Source of the DNA: Neisseria sp.
Lineage (GTDB): Bacteria > Pseudomonadota > Gammaproteobacteria > Burkholderiales > Neisseriaceae
Direction of reading: 5' to 3'
Assembly: GCA_030528455.1 (NCBI GenBank)
Contig: JAUMYW010000003.1
Span: 3,124-67,123, forward strand
Length of the DNA stretch: 64,000 bases
Shown here: piece after piece, positions 9,172 through 19,952 of the stretch
Numbering within the stretch: the stretch's first letter is position 1
Layout: every line of letters starts with the position of its first letter
Position numbers and translations under genes: made by a program
Notes under the pieces: model-generated
Told to the model about the DNA's origin: nothing
What the model saw: the letters and a program-made list of their open reading frames with translations, nothing else
Databases searched by the model: none

Positions 9172-9244
9172 TTTTTCAAACATGGCGGCCTTTATGCCGT
9201 CTGCAACCCGTTTTCAAACGTTGTATATATTCAGGAGTAGAAAC

Positions 9245-10153
9245 ATGCAAGCAACTTTACTTAAAACCTTTTCTTTGAGTGCGTTGGTATTGGCTCTGGC
9301 AGCCTGCGGAGCTCAGAAACAGGAACCCCAAGCAGCTTCCGAAGCTGCTGCTTCCGCTGTTGCGGCCGATAAAGCAGAAATTGTTATCGGTACGACTGTC
9401 GGTGATTTCGGCGATATGGTGAAAGACCATGTTCAAGGTGCTTTGGAAAAACAAGGCTATAAAGTGAAACTGGTCGAGTTTACCGATTATGTCCGTCCGA
9501 ACCTGGCTTTGGCAGAAGGCGAGCTGGACATCAATGTGTTCCAACACAAACCTTATCTGGATGGTTTTAAAGCCGAACATAAATTGGATTTGACCGAAGT
9601 ATTCCAAGTTCCTACCGCGCCATTGGGTCTGTATCCGGGCAAATTGGCCAAACTGGAAGACGTTAAAGAGGGCAGCACCGTTTCTGCTCCGAACGATCCT
9701 TCAAACTTCGCCCGTGCATTGGTGATGATGGACGAATTGGGTTGGATTAAGTTGAAAGACGGTGTCGATCCTTTGAAAGCCTCCAAGGGCGATATTGCCG
9801 AGAATCTGAAAAACATCCAAATCGTCGAATTGGAAGCAGCACAGTTGCCGCGCAGCCGTCAAGACGTTGATTTTGCTATTGTAAACGGTAATTATGCCAC
9901 TTCTTCAGGCATGAAGTTGACCGAAGCGTTGTTCCAAGAGCCTAGCTATGCTTATGTAAACTGGTCTGCTGTGAAAACTGCCGATAAAGACAGCAAATGG
10001 GTGAAAGACGTAACCGAAGCCTACAATTCCGAAGAGTTCAAGTCTTATGCGAAAACCCATTTCGCCGGTTACAAATATCCTGCTGCCTGGGGTGAAAATG
10101 CCGTTGAAGGTGCGAAAGCCGAAGCGGCTTCTGCTGCATCTGTGGCAAAATAA
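9245..10153 (+). CDS. metQ: Methionine-binding lipoprotein (MetQ/NlpA family)
   Basis: Lipobox LAAC; FTDYVRPNLAL; PNDPSNFARAL; AGGAG RBS. Confidence 0.92.
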   Translation: MQATLLKTFSLSALVLALAACGAQKQEPQAASEAAASAVAADKAEIVIGTTVGDFGDMVKDHVQGALEKQGYKVKLVEFTDYVRPNLALAEGELDINVFQHKPYLDGFKAEHKLDLTEVFQVPTAPLGLYPGKLAKLEDVKEGSTVSAPNDPSNFARALVMMDELGWIKLKDGVDPLKASKGDIAENLKNIQIVELEAAQLPRSRQDVDFAIVNGNYATSSGMKLTEALFQEPSYAYVNWSAVKTADKDSKWVKDVTEAYNSEEFKSYAKTHFAGYKYPAAWGENAVEGAKAEAASAASVAK

Positions 10154-10204
10154 TATCCGGCAAATGTTGTGCAGAGACGGCATTTTGATGCCGTCTGCAA
10201 GTTT

Positions 10205-10243
10205 GAAAAAACGCTGCTTGTTTTCTGCAAGCAGCGTTTTTTT
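10205..10243. terminator. Bidirectional terminator between metQ and the small convergent ORF
   Basis: AAAAAACGCTGCTTG-loop-CAAGCAGCGTTTTTT. Confidence 0.85.
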
Positions 10244-10257
10244 CGGGAAGTGTTTGG

Positions 10258-10395
10258 TTAATCGGCCGAACTGTCCCGGTCGGCTTGTTTTTTGACCCAA
10301 AAAAACAGATAAGCTGCAATGACAATCACGAAACCGATGGTAATCATGGACAGAATACCAATCGAAGATTTGAACAGTTCGGCAAATACGCCCAT
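10258..10395 (-). CDS. 45-aa membrane protein, DUF3149-like
   Basis: MGVFAELFKSSIGILSMITIGFVIVIAAYLFFWVKKQADRDSSAD*, AAGGAG RBS 6 nt upstream, terminator just downstream. Not in the ORF track. Confidence 0.75.
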   Translation of the reverse strand: MGVFAELFKSSIGILSMITIGFVIVIAAYLFFWVKKQADRDSSAD

Positions 10396-10742
10396 GAGAT
10401 GCTCCTTTATGTTGCTTATTGTCAATTTCGATTATGTAAGCATTTTAGCGTAGCGGCGTATGTCGGTTTTGATGCAGGTCAAGCAGCCTGGAAACAAAAA
10501 TGCTGCCAATACGGCAGAACCGGGTGGCTTCGTACAACAGCTTTACAGTCATATACGGTAGAATAAGATACTGTAATGTTCGTCAAAACTATTTTTTAAT
10601 ATTTGTTAAACGCTAATAACTCTGCATACTTACAAGCAGCAGAGTTTAGAGAATTTTTGATAATTTGATAAACAGTTAATAAATTCAGATGGCAGGCGTA
10701 AGTCTTTAGTATATAAGCCGTTTTGCCGTTGTGGAAACTGCC

Positions 10743-11627
10743 ATGATGAAATTGTGTTTCGTTTTGCTGTATCTGATTGCCAAACTGCCTTTCGGTTTGA
10801 TTCAGCGTATCGGTTCGATGCTGGGGTGGGCGGCTTACTATCTGGTTGCACCACGCAGAAGGATTGGCCGCACAAATTTGGCACTTTGTTTTCCCGAATG
10901 GAGCAGAACCCGTCGAGAAGCAGTGTTGAAGGCGCATTTCAAACATATGGGTAAACTGTTGGCCGAATACGGCCTGTATTGGTACGGTAGTGCCAAACGG
11001 CTGCGCGGTTTGGTGGACTACTGCGACAAGCATTATTTAGATGATATTTTAGCGGCTGGCGATAAGGCGATTATCCTATATCCGCACTTTACGGCATTTG
11101 AGTTGGCGGTATACGCACTCAATCAGGACGTACCTTTAATCAGTATGTATTCGCATCAGAAAAACAAAGTGTTGGACGAACAGATTCTCAAAGGCCGGCA
11201 CCGTTACAATAATGTGTTTCTGATCGGAAGGACGGAAGGCCTGCGTTCGATTATCAAGGAGTTGAGGAAAAGCGATGCGCCGTTTCTGTATCTGCCGGAT
11301 CAGGATTTTGGTCGTAAAGATTCGGTATTCGTGCCGTTCTTCGGGGTTCAGACGGCTACGATTGCCGGTTTGGGCAGAATAGCGGCAATGACGGGAGCCA
11401 AAGTCGTGCCGGCGATTCCGACTCGGGCTGCAGACGGCAGGGTCGAATTGCGTTTTTATCCGGCTTGGGAAAATTTTCCGACCGGCAGTGCGGAAGAAGA
11501 TGCGCGGCGTATGAACGAATTTATCGAGGCGCGTGTGCGAGAAACGCCGGAACAGTACTACTGGCTGCACAAACGTTTCAAAACACGCCCGGAAGGCGAA
11601 ACGGATTTTTACCGAAAATACTTATAA
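10743..11627 (+). CDS. lpxL: Lipid A late acyltransferase (LpxL/HtrB family)
   Basis: PHFTAFE (HxxxxD/E), YLPDQDFG, PEQYYWLHKRFKTRP. Confidence 0.88.
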   Translation: MMKLCFVLLYLIAKLPFGLIQRIGSMLGWAAYYLVAPRRRIGRTNLALCFPEWSRTRREAVLKAHFKHMGKLLAEYGLYWYGSAKRLRGLVDYCDKHYLDDILAAGDKAIILYPHFTAFELAVYALNQDVPLISMYSHQKNKVLDEQILKGRHRYNNVFLIGRTEGLRSIIKELRKSDAPFLYLPDQDFGRKDSVFVPFFGVQTATIAGLGRIAAMTGAKVVPAIPTRAADGRVELRFYPAWENFPTGSAEEDARRMNEFIEARVRETPEQYYWLHKRFKTRPEGETDFYRKYL

Positions 11628-11670
11628 TATTTCTTATAATATTTCGATATAAAAAGTGTTTTCTTAACCA

Positions 11671-11707
11671 AAAATGCCGTCTGCAAGCTGCATGCAGACG
11701 GCATTTT
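11671..11707. terminator. DUS-variant inverted-repeat terminator between lpxL and serC
   Basis: AAAATGCCGTCTGCA-AGCTGCA-TGCAGACGGCATTTT between convergent genes. Confidence 0.85.
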
Positions 11708-11737
11708 GTTCCAAAGCACCAGGCTTAATCGTAACGT

Positions 11738-12841
11738 TTAACCATAACGTTTTTGGAATTCCTGCATAAACTCAATCAATGCTTCCACACCCTGCAGAGG
11801 CATGGCATTGTAGATACTGGCACGCATACCGCCCATCGATTTATAGCCGCGCAGCAGCTGCAAACCGCGCGTGGTCGACTCCTGGGCGAACAACTCGTCC
11901 AATTCGGCATTGCCGGTGGTGAAAATCACATTCATTTTGGATCGCGCGCCCGGATGGACGTTATTGATATAGAAGCCGCCGCTGCCGTCGATAGCGTTAT
12001 AGAGTGTTTTCGCTTTCAGCGTATTGATGGTTTCCATTTGGGACACTCCGCCTTGCGATTGCAGCCAACGGAATACCAAGCCCGAAATATAAATCGGATA
12101 AGTGGCCGGCGTATTGTACATACCCTGTTTTTCAATATGCGCTTTATAGTTCCACACATCGGGAATGCGATCTGAGCAGCGGTCGAGCAAATCTTCGCGG
12201 ATAATCACGATGGTTGCGCCGGAAGGGCCGATGTTTTTCTGTGCGCCGGCATAAATCACACCGAAATCTTCCACATTGATTTTGCGGGACAGAATTTCAG
12301 ACGACATATCGCAAATCAGCGGCGGCATGCCGTTCTCCAATTTCGGCACTTCGCGGTATTGCAAACCGTGCACCGTTTCATTGATGACGAAATGAACGAA
12401 AGCCGAATCTTTGCTGATGTCCCAAGACGAAACGGGCGGCAGGTTTTGGTAATGGTATTGCTCACCGCCGTGGGCTGCCAAATGGATTTCAGCATCAGAT
12501 AACTTGCCCATTTGGGAGTGGGCGATGCGCGACCAGTTGCCGGTTACCACAGAGTCCACCCGTTTGAAGCCGTTGGCGAAATTCATCACCACCTGGTTAA
12601 ACTGCGCACTGGCACCGCCTTGCAGAAACAGCACCTTGTAATTGTCCGGAATATTCATCAATTGGCGCAGATCCTGTTCTGCGTGATACAGAATACTCAT
12701 AAAGACATCGGAACGGTGGCTCATGGTCATCACGGAAAAACCGGTACCGTTATAGTCGAACATTTCGCTTTGGGCGGTACGCAAAACACTTTCGGGCAAA
12801 ACGGCCGGACCGGCGGAAAAGTTGTAGATTTTGGTGTTCAT
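11738..12841 (-). CDS. serC: Phosphoserine aminotransferase
   Basis: YNFSAGPAVLP, FLQGGAS, YAGAQKNIGPSG (PLP lysine), GGMRASIYNA. Confidence 0.96.
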   Translation of the reverse strand: MNTKIYNFSAGPAVLPESVLRTAQSEMFDYNGTGFSVMTMSHRSDVFMSILYHAEQDLRQLMNIPDNYKVLFLQGGASAQFNQVVMNFANGFKRVDSVVTGNWSRIAHSQMGKLSDAEIHLAAHGGEQYHYQNLPPVSSWDISKDSAFVHFVINETVHGLQYREVPKLENGMPPLICDMSSEILSRKINVEDFGVIYAGAQKNIGPSGATIVIIREDLLDRCSDRIPDVWNYKAHIEKQGMYNTPATYPIYISGLVFRWLQSQGGVSQMETINTLKAKTLYNAIDGSGGFYINNVHPGARSKMNVIFTTGNAELDELFAQESTTRGLQLLRGYKSMGGMRASIYNAMPLQGVEALIEFMQEFQKRYG

Positions 12842-13301
12842 TGCTTCAAACCTTTTATTTTGGCAGTACAGCTGCACTTTCTAACAAAATTTAACGCTTG
12901 ATTGTAGTCAGGCAGGAGCCATTCTGCAAGTTGCCGGTCGGAAAAAAGTGATGATATTCATGATTTTTCCGGATAGTGAAAAATACTTTTTATAAAGTTT
13001 GAAAGGCAGATGATTTTATCTTTTATCTAAAAATAGAAATAATTTTAGTTAAAAACACTAAATTTGTATAAATGGTGGTGAAAAGCCGTTTTGTACAGGC
13101 AAGTATTCGGCGTTCCTGCCGGAAGAGGCCCGAGTACATTTTGCCGACCGGCCCCTGAAGCGGTTTTGCCGTCTGCAGCCGGAACCGTCCAGGCCGTCTG
13201 CAAAGTTGCTGATATTCCATGCTTTTCATGCTTTTGTTTTTTCTCAAACGGCGTTATAATCAACACAATTTTTCAAACCGTTATTTTTATATCGAAATGA
13301 G

Positions 13302-13330
13302 AAATGGCCACAGGGCCATTTTTTTGTTTT
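13302..13330 (+). promoter_or_regulatory. rimP-leader-like hairpin with U-tract
   Basis: AAATGGCC-ACAG-GGCCATTT followed by TTTTGTTTTT, just before the rimP RBS; TATAAT at 13255-13260. Confidence 0.6.
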
Positions 13331-13343
13331 TAAATGGAGCAAA

Positions 13344-13775
13344 ATGGATATTCAGACTCTTTTGGAACGTACGCTGCCGGGCTTGGGCTACGAGTTGGTG
13401 GACCAGGAATTGACGGCGCAGGGAACCTTGCGCGTATTCATTGATAAAGACGGCGGTATTACGGTCGAAGACTGTGCTACGGTCAGCAACCATTTGAGCC
13501 GCCTGTTTATGGTGGAAGACGTGGATTACAAAAATCTGGAGATTTCCAGCCCGGGATTGGACCGTCCGTTGAAAAAAGCGGCGGATTTCGTGCGTTTTTC
13601 CGGTCAGCAAGCCAAAATCAAAACGCGTCTGCCGATTGAAGGGCAGAAAAATTTCATCGGTACGCTGGTTTCTTGCGAAAATGATGTGGTGCGTATCGCG
13701 TTTGACGGTAAAACCGCCGATATTGAGTTGGGCAACATCGATAAAGCCCGTTTGAAACCCGAATTCAAGTTTTAA
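13344..13775 (+). CDS. rimP: Ribosome maturation factor RimP
   Basis: [16 protein letters not shown]; [12 protein letters not shown]. Confidence 0.96.
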   Translation: MDIQTLLERTLPGLGYELVDQELTAQGTLRVFIDKDGGITVEDCATVSNHLSRLFMVEDVDYKNLEISSPGLDRPLKKAADFVRFSGQQAKIKTRLPIEGQKNFIGTLVSCENDVVRIAFDGKTADIELGNIDKARLKPEFKF

Positions 13776-13790
13776 AATCCGAAAGGAGAG

Positions 13791-15305
13791 ATGATGAGCC
13801 GCGAAATGCTGCAATTGGCCGAAGCTTTGGCCAGTGAAAAAAATGTAGACGCACAAGTTGTATTTGATGCTTTGGAATTTGCTTTGTCCACGGCTGCCAA
13901 GAAAAAAGCGGGACGGGAACATATGGACGTGCGTGTGGAAATTGACCGAAATAACGGCGAATATCGTACGTTCCGACGCTGGCTGATTGTGGCCGATGAG
14001 GATTATACCTATCCGGATGTGGAAAAAACTATTGAGGAAATCCAGGAGGAAATTCCGGGTACCACTCTTCAAATCGGCGAATACCACGAAGAGCAATTGG
14101 AAAACGAAGGTTTCGGCCGTCAGGCGGCTCAAACTGCCAAGCAGCTGATTTTGCAGCGTATCCGTGATGCGGAGCGTGAAAAGGTATTGGAAGAATTTCT
14201 GTTGACCCGCGAAGAAATCGTATCGGGTACGGTCAAGCGTGTGGAACGCCACGGCATTATCGTCGAATTGAATCCCAAACTGGATGCCCTGATTCCGCGC
14301 GACCAGTGTATCCAACGGGAAAACTTCCGCAGCGGCGACCGTATCCGGGCTTTGTTTAAAGAAGTGGCGGAAATCGGCAATACCGGCCGCAAACAAATCC
14401 AATTGAGCCGTACATCCGATGATTTTCTGGCCAAGCTGTTCGAACAGGAAGTACCTGAGATTGCAGACGGCTTGTTGGAAATCAAAGCGGTTGCCCGTGA
14501 TCCGGGATATCGCGCGAAAGTGGCGGTAAAGGCGAATGACCGCCGTATAGATCCGCAAGGTACGTGTATCGGTGTGCGCGGCAGCCGTGTGAATGCGGTT
14601 ACCAACGAAATTGGCGGAGAACGTATCGATGTGGTGTTGTGGTCGCCGGAAACAGCGCAGTTTGTGATGAACGCGCTGTCTCCTGCAGAAGTGAGCCGTA
14701 TCGTGATTGACGAAGACAAGCAGGCCGTTGATGTGGTTGTGGCGGAAGACCAGCTGGCACCGGCCATCGGCAAAGGGGGTCAGAATGTCCGTTTGGCTGC
14801 GGATCTGACCGGCTGGCAGCTGAATATTATGACGGTGGCCGAAGCGGAAGAGCGTCATGCGGCCGAAGATGCGGCTGTCCGCAGCCTGTTTACCGAATAT
14901 CTGAATGTAGATGATGAAACCGCTGATGTGTTGGTGCAGGAAGGTTTTGTTTCTCTTGAAGAAATCGCTTATGTGCCGGCCGAAGAGTTGGAAGAAATCG
15001 GTTTTGATGCCGATACGGTTGATGTGTTGCGTGCCCGTGCCCGCGATGCGATTCTGACCTTGGCAATTGCCAAAGAAGAGAGTTTGGAAGGCATTGCCGA
15101 AGATTTGCGCAATTTGGAAGGTGTGGACCAGGATATGCTGCGCGACTTGGCTCAGGCGGGTATTAGCACCCGCGACGATTTGGCCGAATTGTCGATTGAT
15201 GAGCTGATTGAAATTACCGGTGTGGAAAAAGGCGAGGCGGAACAGGTGATTATGGCTGCACGCGCGCATTGGTTTGCCGACGAGAATGAAGGGGGTAATG
15301 AATGA
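13791..15305 (+). CDS. nusA: Transcription termination/antitermination factor NusA
   Basis: [35 protein letters not shown], acidic C-terminal repeats. Confidence 0.97.
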   Translation: MMSREMLQLAEALASEKNVDAQVVFDALEFALSTAAKKKAGREHMDVRVEIDRNNGEYRTFRRWLIVADEDYTYPDVEKTIEEIQEEIPGTTLQIGEYHEEQLENEGFGRQAAQTAKQLILQRIRDAEREKVLEEFLLTREEIVSGTVKRVERHGIIVELNPKLDALIPRDQCIQRENFRSGDRIRALFKEVAEIGNTGRKQIQLSRTSDDFLAKLFEQEVPEIADGLLEIKAVARDPGYRAKVAVKANDRRIDPQGTCIGVRGSRVNAVTNEIGGERIDVVLWSPETAQFVMNALSPAEVSRIVIDEDKQAVDVVVAEDQLAPAIGKGGQNVRLAADLTGWQLNIMTVAEAEERHAAEDAAVRSLFTEYLNVDDETADVLVQEGFVSLEEIAYVPAEELEEIGFDADTVDVLRARARDAILTLAIAKEESLEGIAEDLRNLEGVDQDMLRDLAQAGISTRDDLAELSIDELIEITGVEKGEAEQVIMAARAHWFADENEGGNE

Positions 15306-18094
15306 GTAATACAGTGGAACAATTAGCAAACGAACTCAAAAAGCCCGTTGATGATTTGTTGAAGCAGTTAAATGAAGCAGGTGTTTCCAAACAGAACGGT
15401 ACGGATGCTATTACAGAAGATGATAAAAAACAGTTGCTGGCATATTTGAGCAAAGCAAACGGTTCGCAGCTGGCAGGGAAAATCAGTATCAGCCGTACTA
15501 AAGTGGAAAAATCGACTGTGGCAGGCGTGGAAGTGGAGCGCCGCCGCAGCCGCAAGGTTGTTGTGCCGTCTGCAGACGACCAGTTGGCGGAGGCCCGTGC
15601 CAAAGCCGAAGCGGAGGCGCGCTTGAAGGCTGAGGCCGAAGCAGCCGAACGTGCCGCTGCCGAAGCGAAAGCGCGTGAGGAAGCGGAAGCGGCCGAGAAG
15701 GCTGTCAAACGGGCGGCAGAAGCCAAAGCGGCCGAAGTGTTGTCGGAAAAAGAACCGGAATCCCCGAAAACAGTCGGCAATAAACCGGCTGTTGCGGAAA
15801 AAGCCGAAAAAACACCGAGACCGGCAAAAAAAGGCAAAGAGAAAAAAGCCGAACCTCTGCCTCAGCCGGTTGAAGTAATCAGTGCCAGCGAGCAGGCCGC
15901 GCGAGAGGAGGAGGCACGCCGTGCTGCTGCCTTCCGTGAAATGCAGGAAAAACTGCAACGCGAAAAACAAGAGCGTTTGGAGCGTCAGGCGCGCCGGGAA
16001 GAAGCGAAAAAATTGGCCCAGGAAGAAGCACGTGCGCAGAAAAACGCCAAAGCCGGCGAGCCACGTTCTGCTAAGCCGTCTGAAAAACAGCCTTTGAAAG
16101 CGGCAGTAGTAAGCAAGCCGTCTGCAGCAGAAAGTGCGAATCCGAGCAGCGGCAGCCGTAAAAAAGACGACCGACGAAGCCGTGACGATGATGCTCCGCG
16201 CAATACCAAAGGCAAGGGAAAGACAGGTCGTGATGCCCGTTCGGGACGGGACGAAGAGCGGGTACGCGGCGGTAAAAAAGGCAAGAAACTGAAACTCGAA
16301 CCGAACCAACACGCTTTCCAAGCACCGACCGAGCCGGTGGTGCACGAAGTGCTGGTGCCTGAAACCATTACTGTGGCCGATTTGGCGCACAAAATGGCGG
16401 TGAAGGGGGTGGAAGTGGTCAAAGCCCTGATGAAAATGGGCATGATGGTAACCATCAACCAGTCTATCGACCAAGATACCGCCCTGATTGTGGTGGAAGA
16501 GCTCGGCCATATCGGTAAGCCTGCTGCGGCAGACGATCCCGAAGCCTTTTTGGAGGACGGTGCGGCACATGTCGAAGCAGAAGTGCTGCCGCGTCCACCT
16601 GTAGTAACCGTGATGGGGCACGTCGATCATGGTAAGACCTCGCTGCTTGACTATATCCGCCGCAGTAAAGTGGTGGCGGGCGAAGCAGGCGGCATTACCC
16701 AGCATATCGGTGCTTATCATGTGGAAACCCCGCGCGGCGTGGTAACTTTCTTGGATACGCCGGGACACGAAGCCTTTACTGCTATGCGTGCACGCGGTGC
16801 GAAAGCAACCGACATCGTGATTTTGGTTGTAGCGGCCGATGACGGCGTGATGCCGCAAACCATTGAGGCCATTGCCCATGCGAAAGCCGCCGGTGTGCCG
16901 ATTGTGGTGGCCGTAAACAAAATCGATAAAGACGCGGCCAATCCGGAGCGTATCCGCCAAGAGCTGACCCAGCACGAAGTGATTCCCGATGATTGGGGCG
17001 GTGATGTGCAGTTTGTAGACGTATCGGCCAAGCAGGGTTTGAATATTGACAAACTGTTGGAAGCCGTGCTTTTGGAAGCGGAAGTCTTGGAGTTGGCCGC
17101 ACCGGTTGCCGCGCCGGCAAAAGGCATTATCGTGGAAGCACGTTTGGATAAAGGCCGAGGTGCCGTTGCTACCTTGCTGGTACAGAGCGGTACGCTGAGA
17201 AAAGGCGATATGCTGCTGGCCGGTACGGCATTCGGTAAAGTCCGTGCCATGATGGATGAAAACGGCAAGGCGATTGAAGAAGCCGGTCCGTCTATTCCGG
17301 TGGAAATTCTCGGTTTGTCGGATGTACCGAATGCCGGCGAAGATGCCATGGTGTTGTCCGACGAGAAAAAAGCCCGTGAAATCGCTTTGTTCCGTCAGGG
17401 CAAATTCCGCGATGTCCGTTTGGCCAAACAACAGGCGGCCAAGTTGGAAAATATGTTCAACAATATGGGCGAAGGTCAGGCACAATCCTTGTCGGTTATC
17501 ATTAAAGCCGACGTTCAGGGTTCTTACGAAGCCTTGGCGGGCAGCCTGCAAAAACTGTCCACCGACGAAATCAAAGTCAATGTGCTGCACAGCGGCGTAG
17601 GCGGGATTACCGAAAGCGACATCAACCTGGCGATTGCTTCCGGCGCATTTATTATCGGTTTTAATGTGCGTGCGGACGCGCAGGCACGCAAGCTGGCCGA
17701 AAGCGAAGATGTGGAAATCCGTTACTACAACATCATTTACGATGCGATTGATGATGTGAAAGCGGCGATGAGTGGTATGTTGGCACCGGAAGAGAAGGAG
17801 CAGGTAACCGGTACGGTGGAAATCCGCCAAGTGATTACCGTATCGAAAGTGGGTAATATTGCAGGCTGTATGGTAACCGACGGTGTGGTGAAGCGCGACA
17901 GCCATGTCCGTTTGATCCGCAACAATGTGGTGATTCACACCGGCGAACTGTTTTCTCTGAAACGTTTCAAAGACGATGTGAAAGAAGTCCGCATGGGTTT
18001 CGAGTGTGGTCTGATGCTCAAAGGTTACAACGAAATCATGGAAGGCGACCAGCTGGAATGTTTCGATATTGTCGAAGTGGCACGATCGCTGTAA
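15302..18094 (+). CDS. infB: Translation initiation factor IF-2
   Basis: [31 protein letters not shown]. Confidence 0.98.
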   Translation: MSNTVEQLANELKKPVDDLLKQLNEAGVSKQNGTDAITEDDKKQLLAYLSKANGSQLAGKISISRTKVEKSTVAGVEVERRRSRKVVVPSADDQLAEARAKAEAEARLKAEAEAAERAAAEAKAREEAEAAEKAVKRAAEAKAAEVLSEKEPESPKTVGNKPAVAEKAEKTPRPAKKGKEKKAEPLPQPVEVISASEQAAREEEARRAAAFREMQEKLQREKQERLERQARREEAKKLAQEEARAQKNAKAGEPRSAKPSEKQPLKAAVVSKPSAAESANPSSGSRKKDDRRSRDDDAPRNTKGKGKTGRDARSGRDEERVRGGKKGKKLKLEPNQHAFQAPTEPVVHEVLVPETITVADLAHKMAVKGVEVVKALMKMGMMVTINQSIDQDTALIVVEELGHIGKPAAADDPEAFLEDGAAHVEAEVLPRPPVVTVMGHVDHGKTSLLDYIRRSKVVAGEAGGITQHIGAYHVETPRGVVTFLDTPGHEAFTAMRARGAKATDIVILVVAADDGVMPQTIEAIAHAKAAGVPIVVAVNKIDKDAANPERIRQELTQHEVIPDDWGGDVQFVDVSAKQGLNIDKLLEAVLLEAEVLELAAPVAAPAKGIIVEARLDKGRGAVATLLVQSGTLRKGDMLLAGTAFGKVRAMMDENGKAIEEAGPSIPVEILGLSDVPNAGEDAMVLSDEKKAREIALFRQGKFRDVRLAKQQAAKLENMFNNMGEGQAQSLSVIIKADVQGSYEALAGSLQKLSTDEIKVNVLHSGVGGITESDINLAIASGAFIIGFNVRADAQARKLAESEDVEIRYYNIIYDAIDDVKAAMSGMLAPEEKEQVTGTVEIRQVITVSKVGNIAGCMVTDGVVKRDSHVRLIRNNVVIHTGELFSLKRFKDDVKEVRMGFECGLMLKGYNEIMEGDQLECFDIVEVARSL

Positions 18095-18111
18095 TCACAG
18101 TAAATGCTTAA

Positions 18112-18156
18112 AACCATGCCGTCTGCAACTTGGTTTGCAGACGGCATGGTTATTTT
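18112..18156. terminator. DUS-variant inverted-repeat terminator between infB and prmA
   Basis: 17-bp perfect IR AACCATGCCGTCTGCAA / TTGCAGACGGCATGGTT. Confidence 0.85.
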
Positions 18157-18229
18157 ACAGACGGAAGGCGGATAGCAGTCAGACAACCGAAAGTTTGATC
18201 AGTATCCGTTTTGTGCGGGATTCCGGCAG

Positions 18230-19117
18230 TCAGCGTCTGACACCGCTGATGCAGGCCCAGCCGTTGTCGGTTTGGGTAGGCAGCAGGTCAAACCATTGGC
18301 TGTAAATCCCACTCATTTCTTCGATTTGTTCTTCTAAAATGCCGGACAAGACAATGCAGCCGCCGATTTTGGTGCGTCCGGCCAACATTTCGCCGAGCAT
18401 ACGCAGGGGATTGGCCAAAATATTGGCAACAACGACATCAAATTGCTGTTCGGGCAGTTCGTCGGGAAGATAAAATCGGGCCGGTACGCTGTTTTGCTCC
18501 GCATTGTCGCGGCTGGCAGTCATGGCTTGCGGATCGATGTCTGTACCGACCGCTTCGGCTGCACCGAGTTTGAGGGCGGCAATTGCCAAAATGCCGGAGC
18601 CGCAGCCGTAGTCCAAAACACTTTCGCCGTTTTTCAGGTGATTGTCCAGCCATTGCAGGCAAAGACGGGTGGTCGGATGGCTGCCGGTTCCGAACGCCAG
18701 ACCGGGATCCAACTGCAGATTGACGGCATCGGCATCGGGAGCTTTGTGCCAAGAGGGAGTAATCCACAGACGATCGGAAATTTGAATCGGATCGAATTGG
18801 GATTGGGTGAGGCGTACCCAATCCTGCTCGGGCAGTTTTTCGACCTGATATTCGGGAATATCTATTTTAACGGCGGAGGCAGCAGCGGCAATCATGGGCG
18901 CAATGTCGGCATCGGCTGCAAACAGCGCGAGAATTTTGCTACGCTGCCAGATTTGTTCGGTCGGCATACCCGGTTCGCCGAAAATGGCTTGTTCTTCGTC
19001 TGTGCCGGCATAAGCATCTTCGATGGCGGCCGACAGTGCGCCGTGTTCCATCAGTGCGTCCGACAGGATTTCGGCGATGCGTTCGTTTACGGCAAAGGTC
19101 GCTTGTTGGTAGGACAT
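18230..19117 (-). CDS. prmA: Ribosomal protein L11 methyltransferase
   Basis: LDPGLAFGTGSHPTT, VLDYGCGSGILAIAA, VVANILA. Confidence 0.95.
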   Translation of the reverse strand: MSYQQATFAVNERIAEILSDALMEHGALSAAIEDAYAGTDEEQAIFGEPGMPTEQIWQRSKILALFAADADIAPMIAAAASAVKIDIPEYQVEKLPEQDWVRLTQSQFDPIQISDRLWITPSWHKAPDADAVNLQLDPGLAFGTGSHPTTRLCLQWLDNHLKNGESVLDYGCGSGILAIAALKLGAAEAVGTDIDPQAMTASRDNAEQNSVPARFYLPDELPEQQFDVVVANILANPLRMLGEMLAGRTKIGGCIVLSGILEEQIEEMSGIYSQWFDLLPTQTDNGWACISGVRR

Positions 19118-19328
19118 AATATTCTCTTGATTGGCAAAACCTTATTTTACCGTGAACGGCAGGCAGCTGCACGTTCCGATGCCGTCTGCAGGTCGGGCTG
19201 CAGACGGCATCTAAGCTTTGGAATCCGTTACATGAGGCAAACTAGTCCGCTTGTCTTGCCGCCCGAACGTATCTTGGCTCGAAGAGGAGAAACGGTAAAG
19301 CAGACGGGCAAGGCTTTAGTCGGGAGAT

Positions 19329-19937
19329 TTATTTCAGACGTTGCTTGAGCATCAGGTACATGAGGGCGGCAGTAATCGCATCATTGAGTGCGTTGTGGCG
19401 CGGCAGACCCGACAGTTCCAGTTTTTTCAGCATGGCTTCCATGCGCAGATCGACAAAATCATCGTGCGATTGAGATTTCTGCTGCCAACGGCGGAAGAGT
19501 TCGGAAATATCCGTTTGCGGGTTCGGCAGTTTGATACCGGCAGCCGGTTTGAGGAACTTGTTAACCAGAGCGATATCGTAAGCCAGATAATAGCCGACTA
19601 AGCCTCGGCCGCCGATGAATTCCAACAGCTGTTTGATTGCTTCTGCCGCCGGAATGCCGTCTGACAAATCCTTCGGACGCAGGCCGTGAACGGTGATATT
19701 GGCAGCTTTAAGCGGATTTTCCGGCTTCACCAGAATGTATAGAGACTCGCTCGACAAAATTTCGTTGCGGCGTATTTTAACTGCACCGACCGACAGAATT
19801 TCCGCTTCTTTAACGTCTAGGCTGGTTGCCTCGCAATCAAAACTGACCCATTCGTCGGGCAGCGTGTCGAACAGGAAGTCATAAGCAGGGTCGGAGAGTT
19901 TTTTACGTTCCCGGTTGCGGAGAAAACGTTTCAACAT
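19329..19937 (-). CDS. DEDDh (DnaQ-like) 3'-5' exonuclease
   Basis: SFDCEATSLD (Exo I), VGYYLAYD (Exo II), HNALNDA (Exo III); AGGAGG RBS in a 15-bp gap after the upstream gene. Confidence 0.88.
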   Translation of the reverse strand: MLKRFLRNRERKKLSDPAYDFLFDTLPDEWVSFDCEATSLDVKEAEILSVGAVKIRRNEILSSESLYILVKPENPLKAANITVHGLRPKDLSDGIPAAEAIKQLLEFIGGRGLVGYYLAYDIALVNKFLKPAAGIKLPNPQTDISELFRRWQQKSQSHDDFVDLRMEAMLKKLELSGLPRHNALNDAITAALMYLMLKQRLK

Positions 19938-19952
19938 AAAACGGCCTCCTTT

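Noticed and set aside
11621-11645. Tandem CTTATAATATTT x2 at the lpxL stop
   Set aside because: A two-copy AT-rich micro-duplication with no sign of function.
15368-17938. Long antisense ORFs (856 aa opposite infB, 680 aa opposite rimP-nusA, and others opposite recC, glcB and ppk1)
   Set aside because: Shadow frames of strongly codon-biased genes; no recognisable motifs or RBS.
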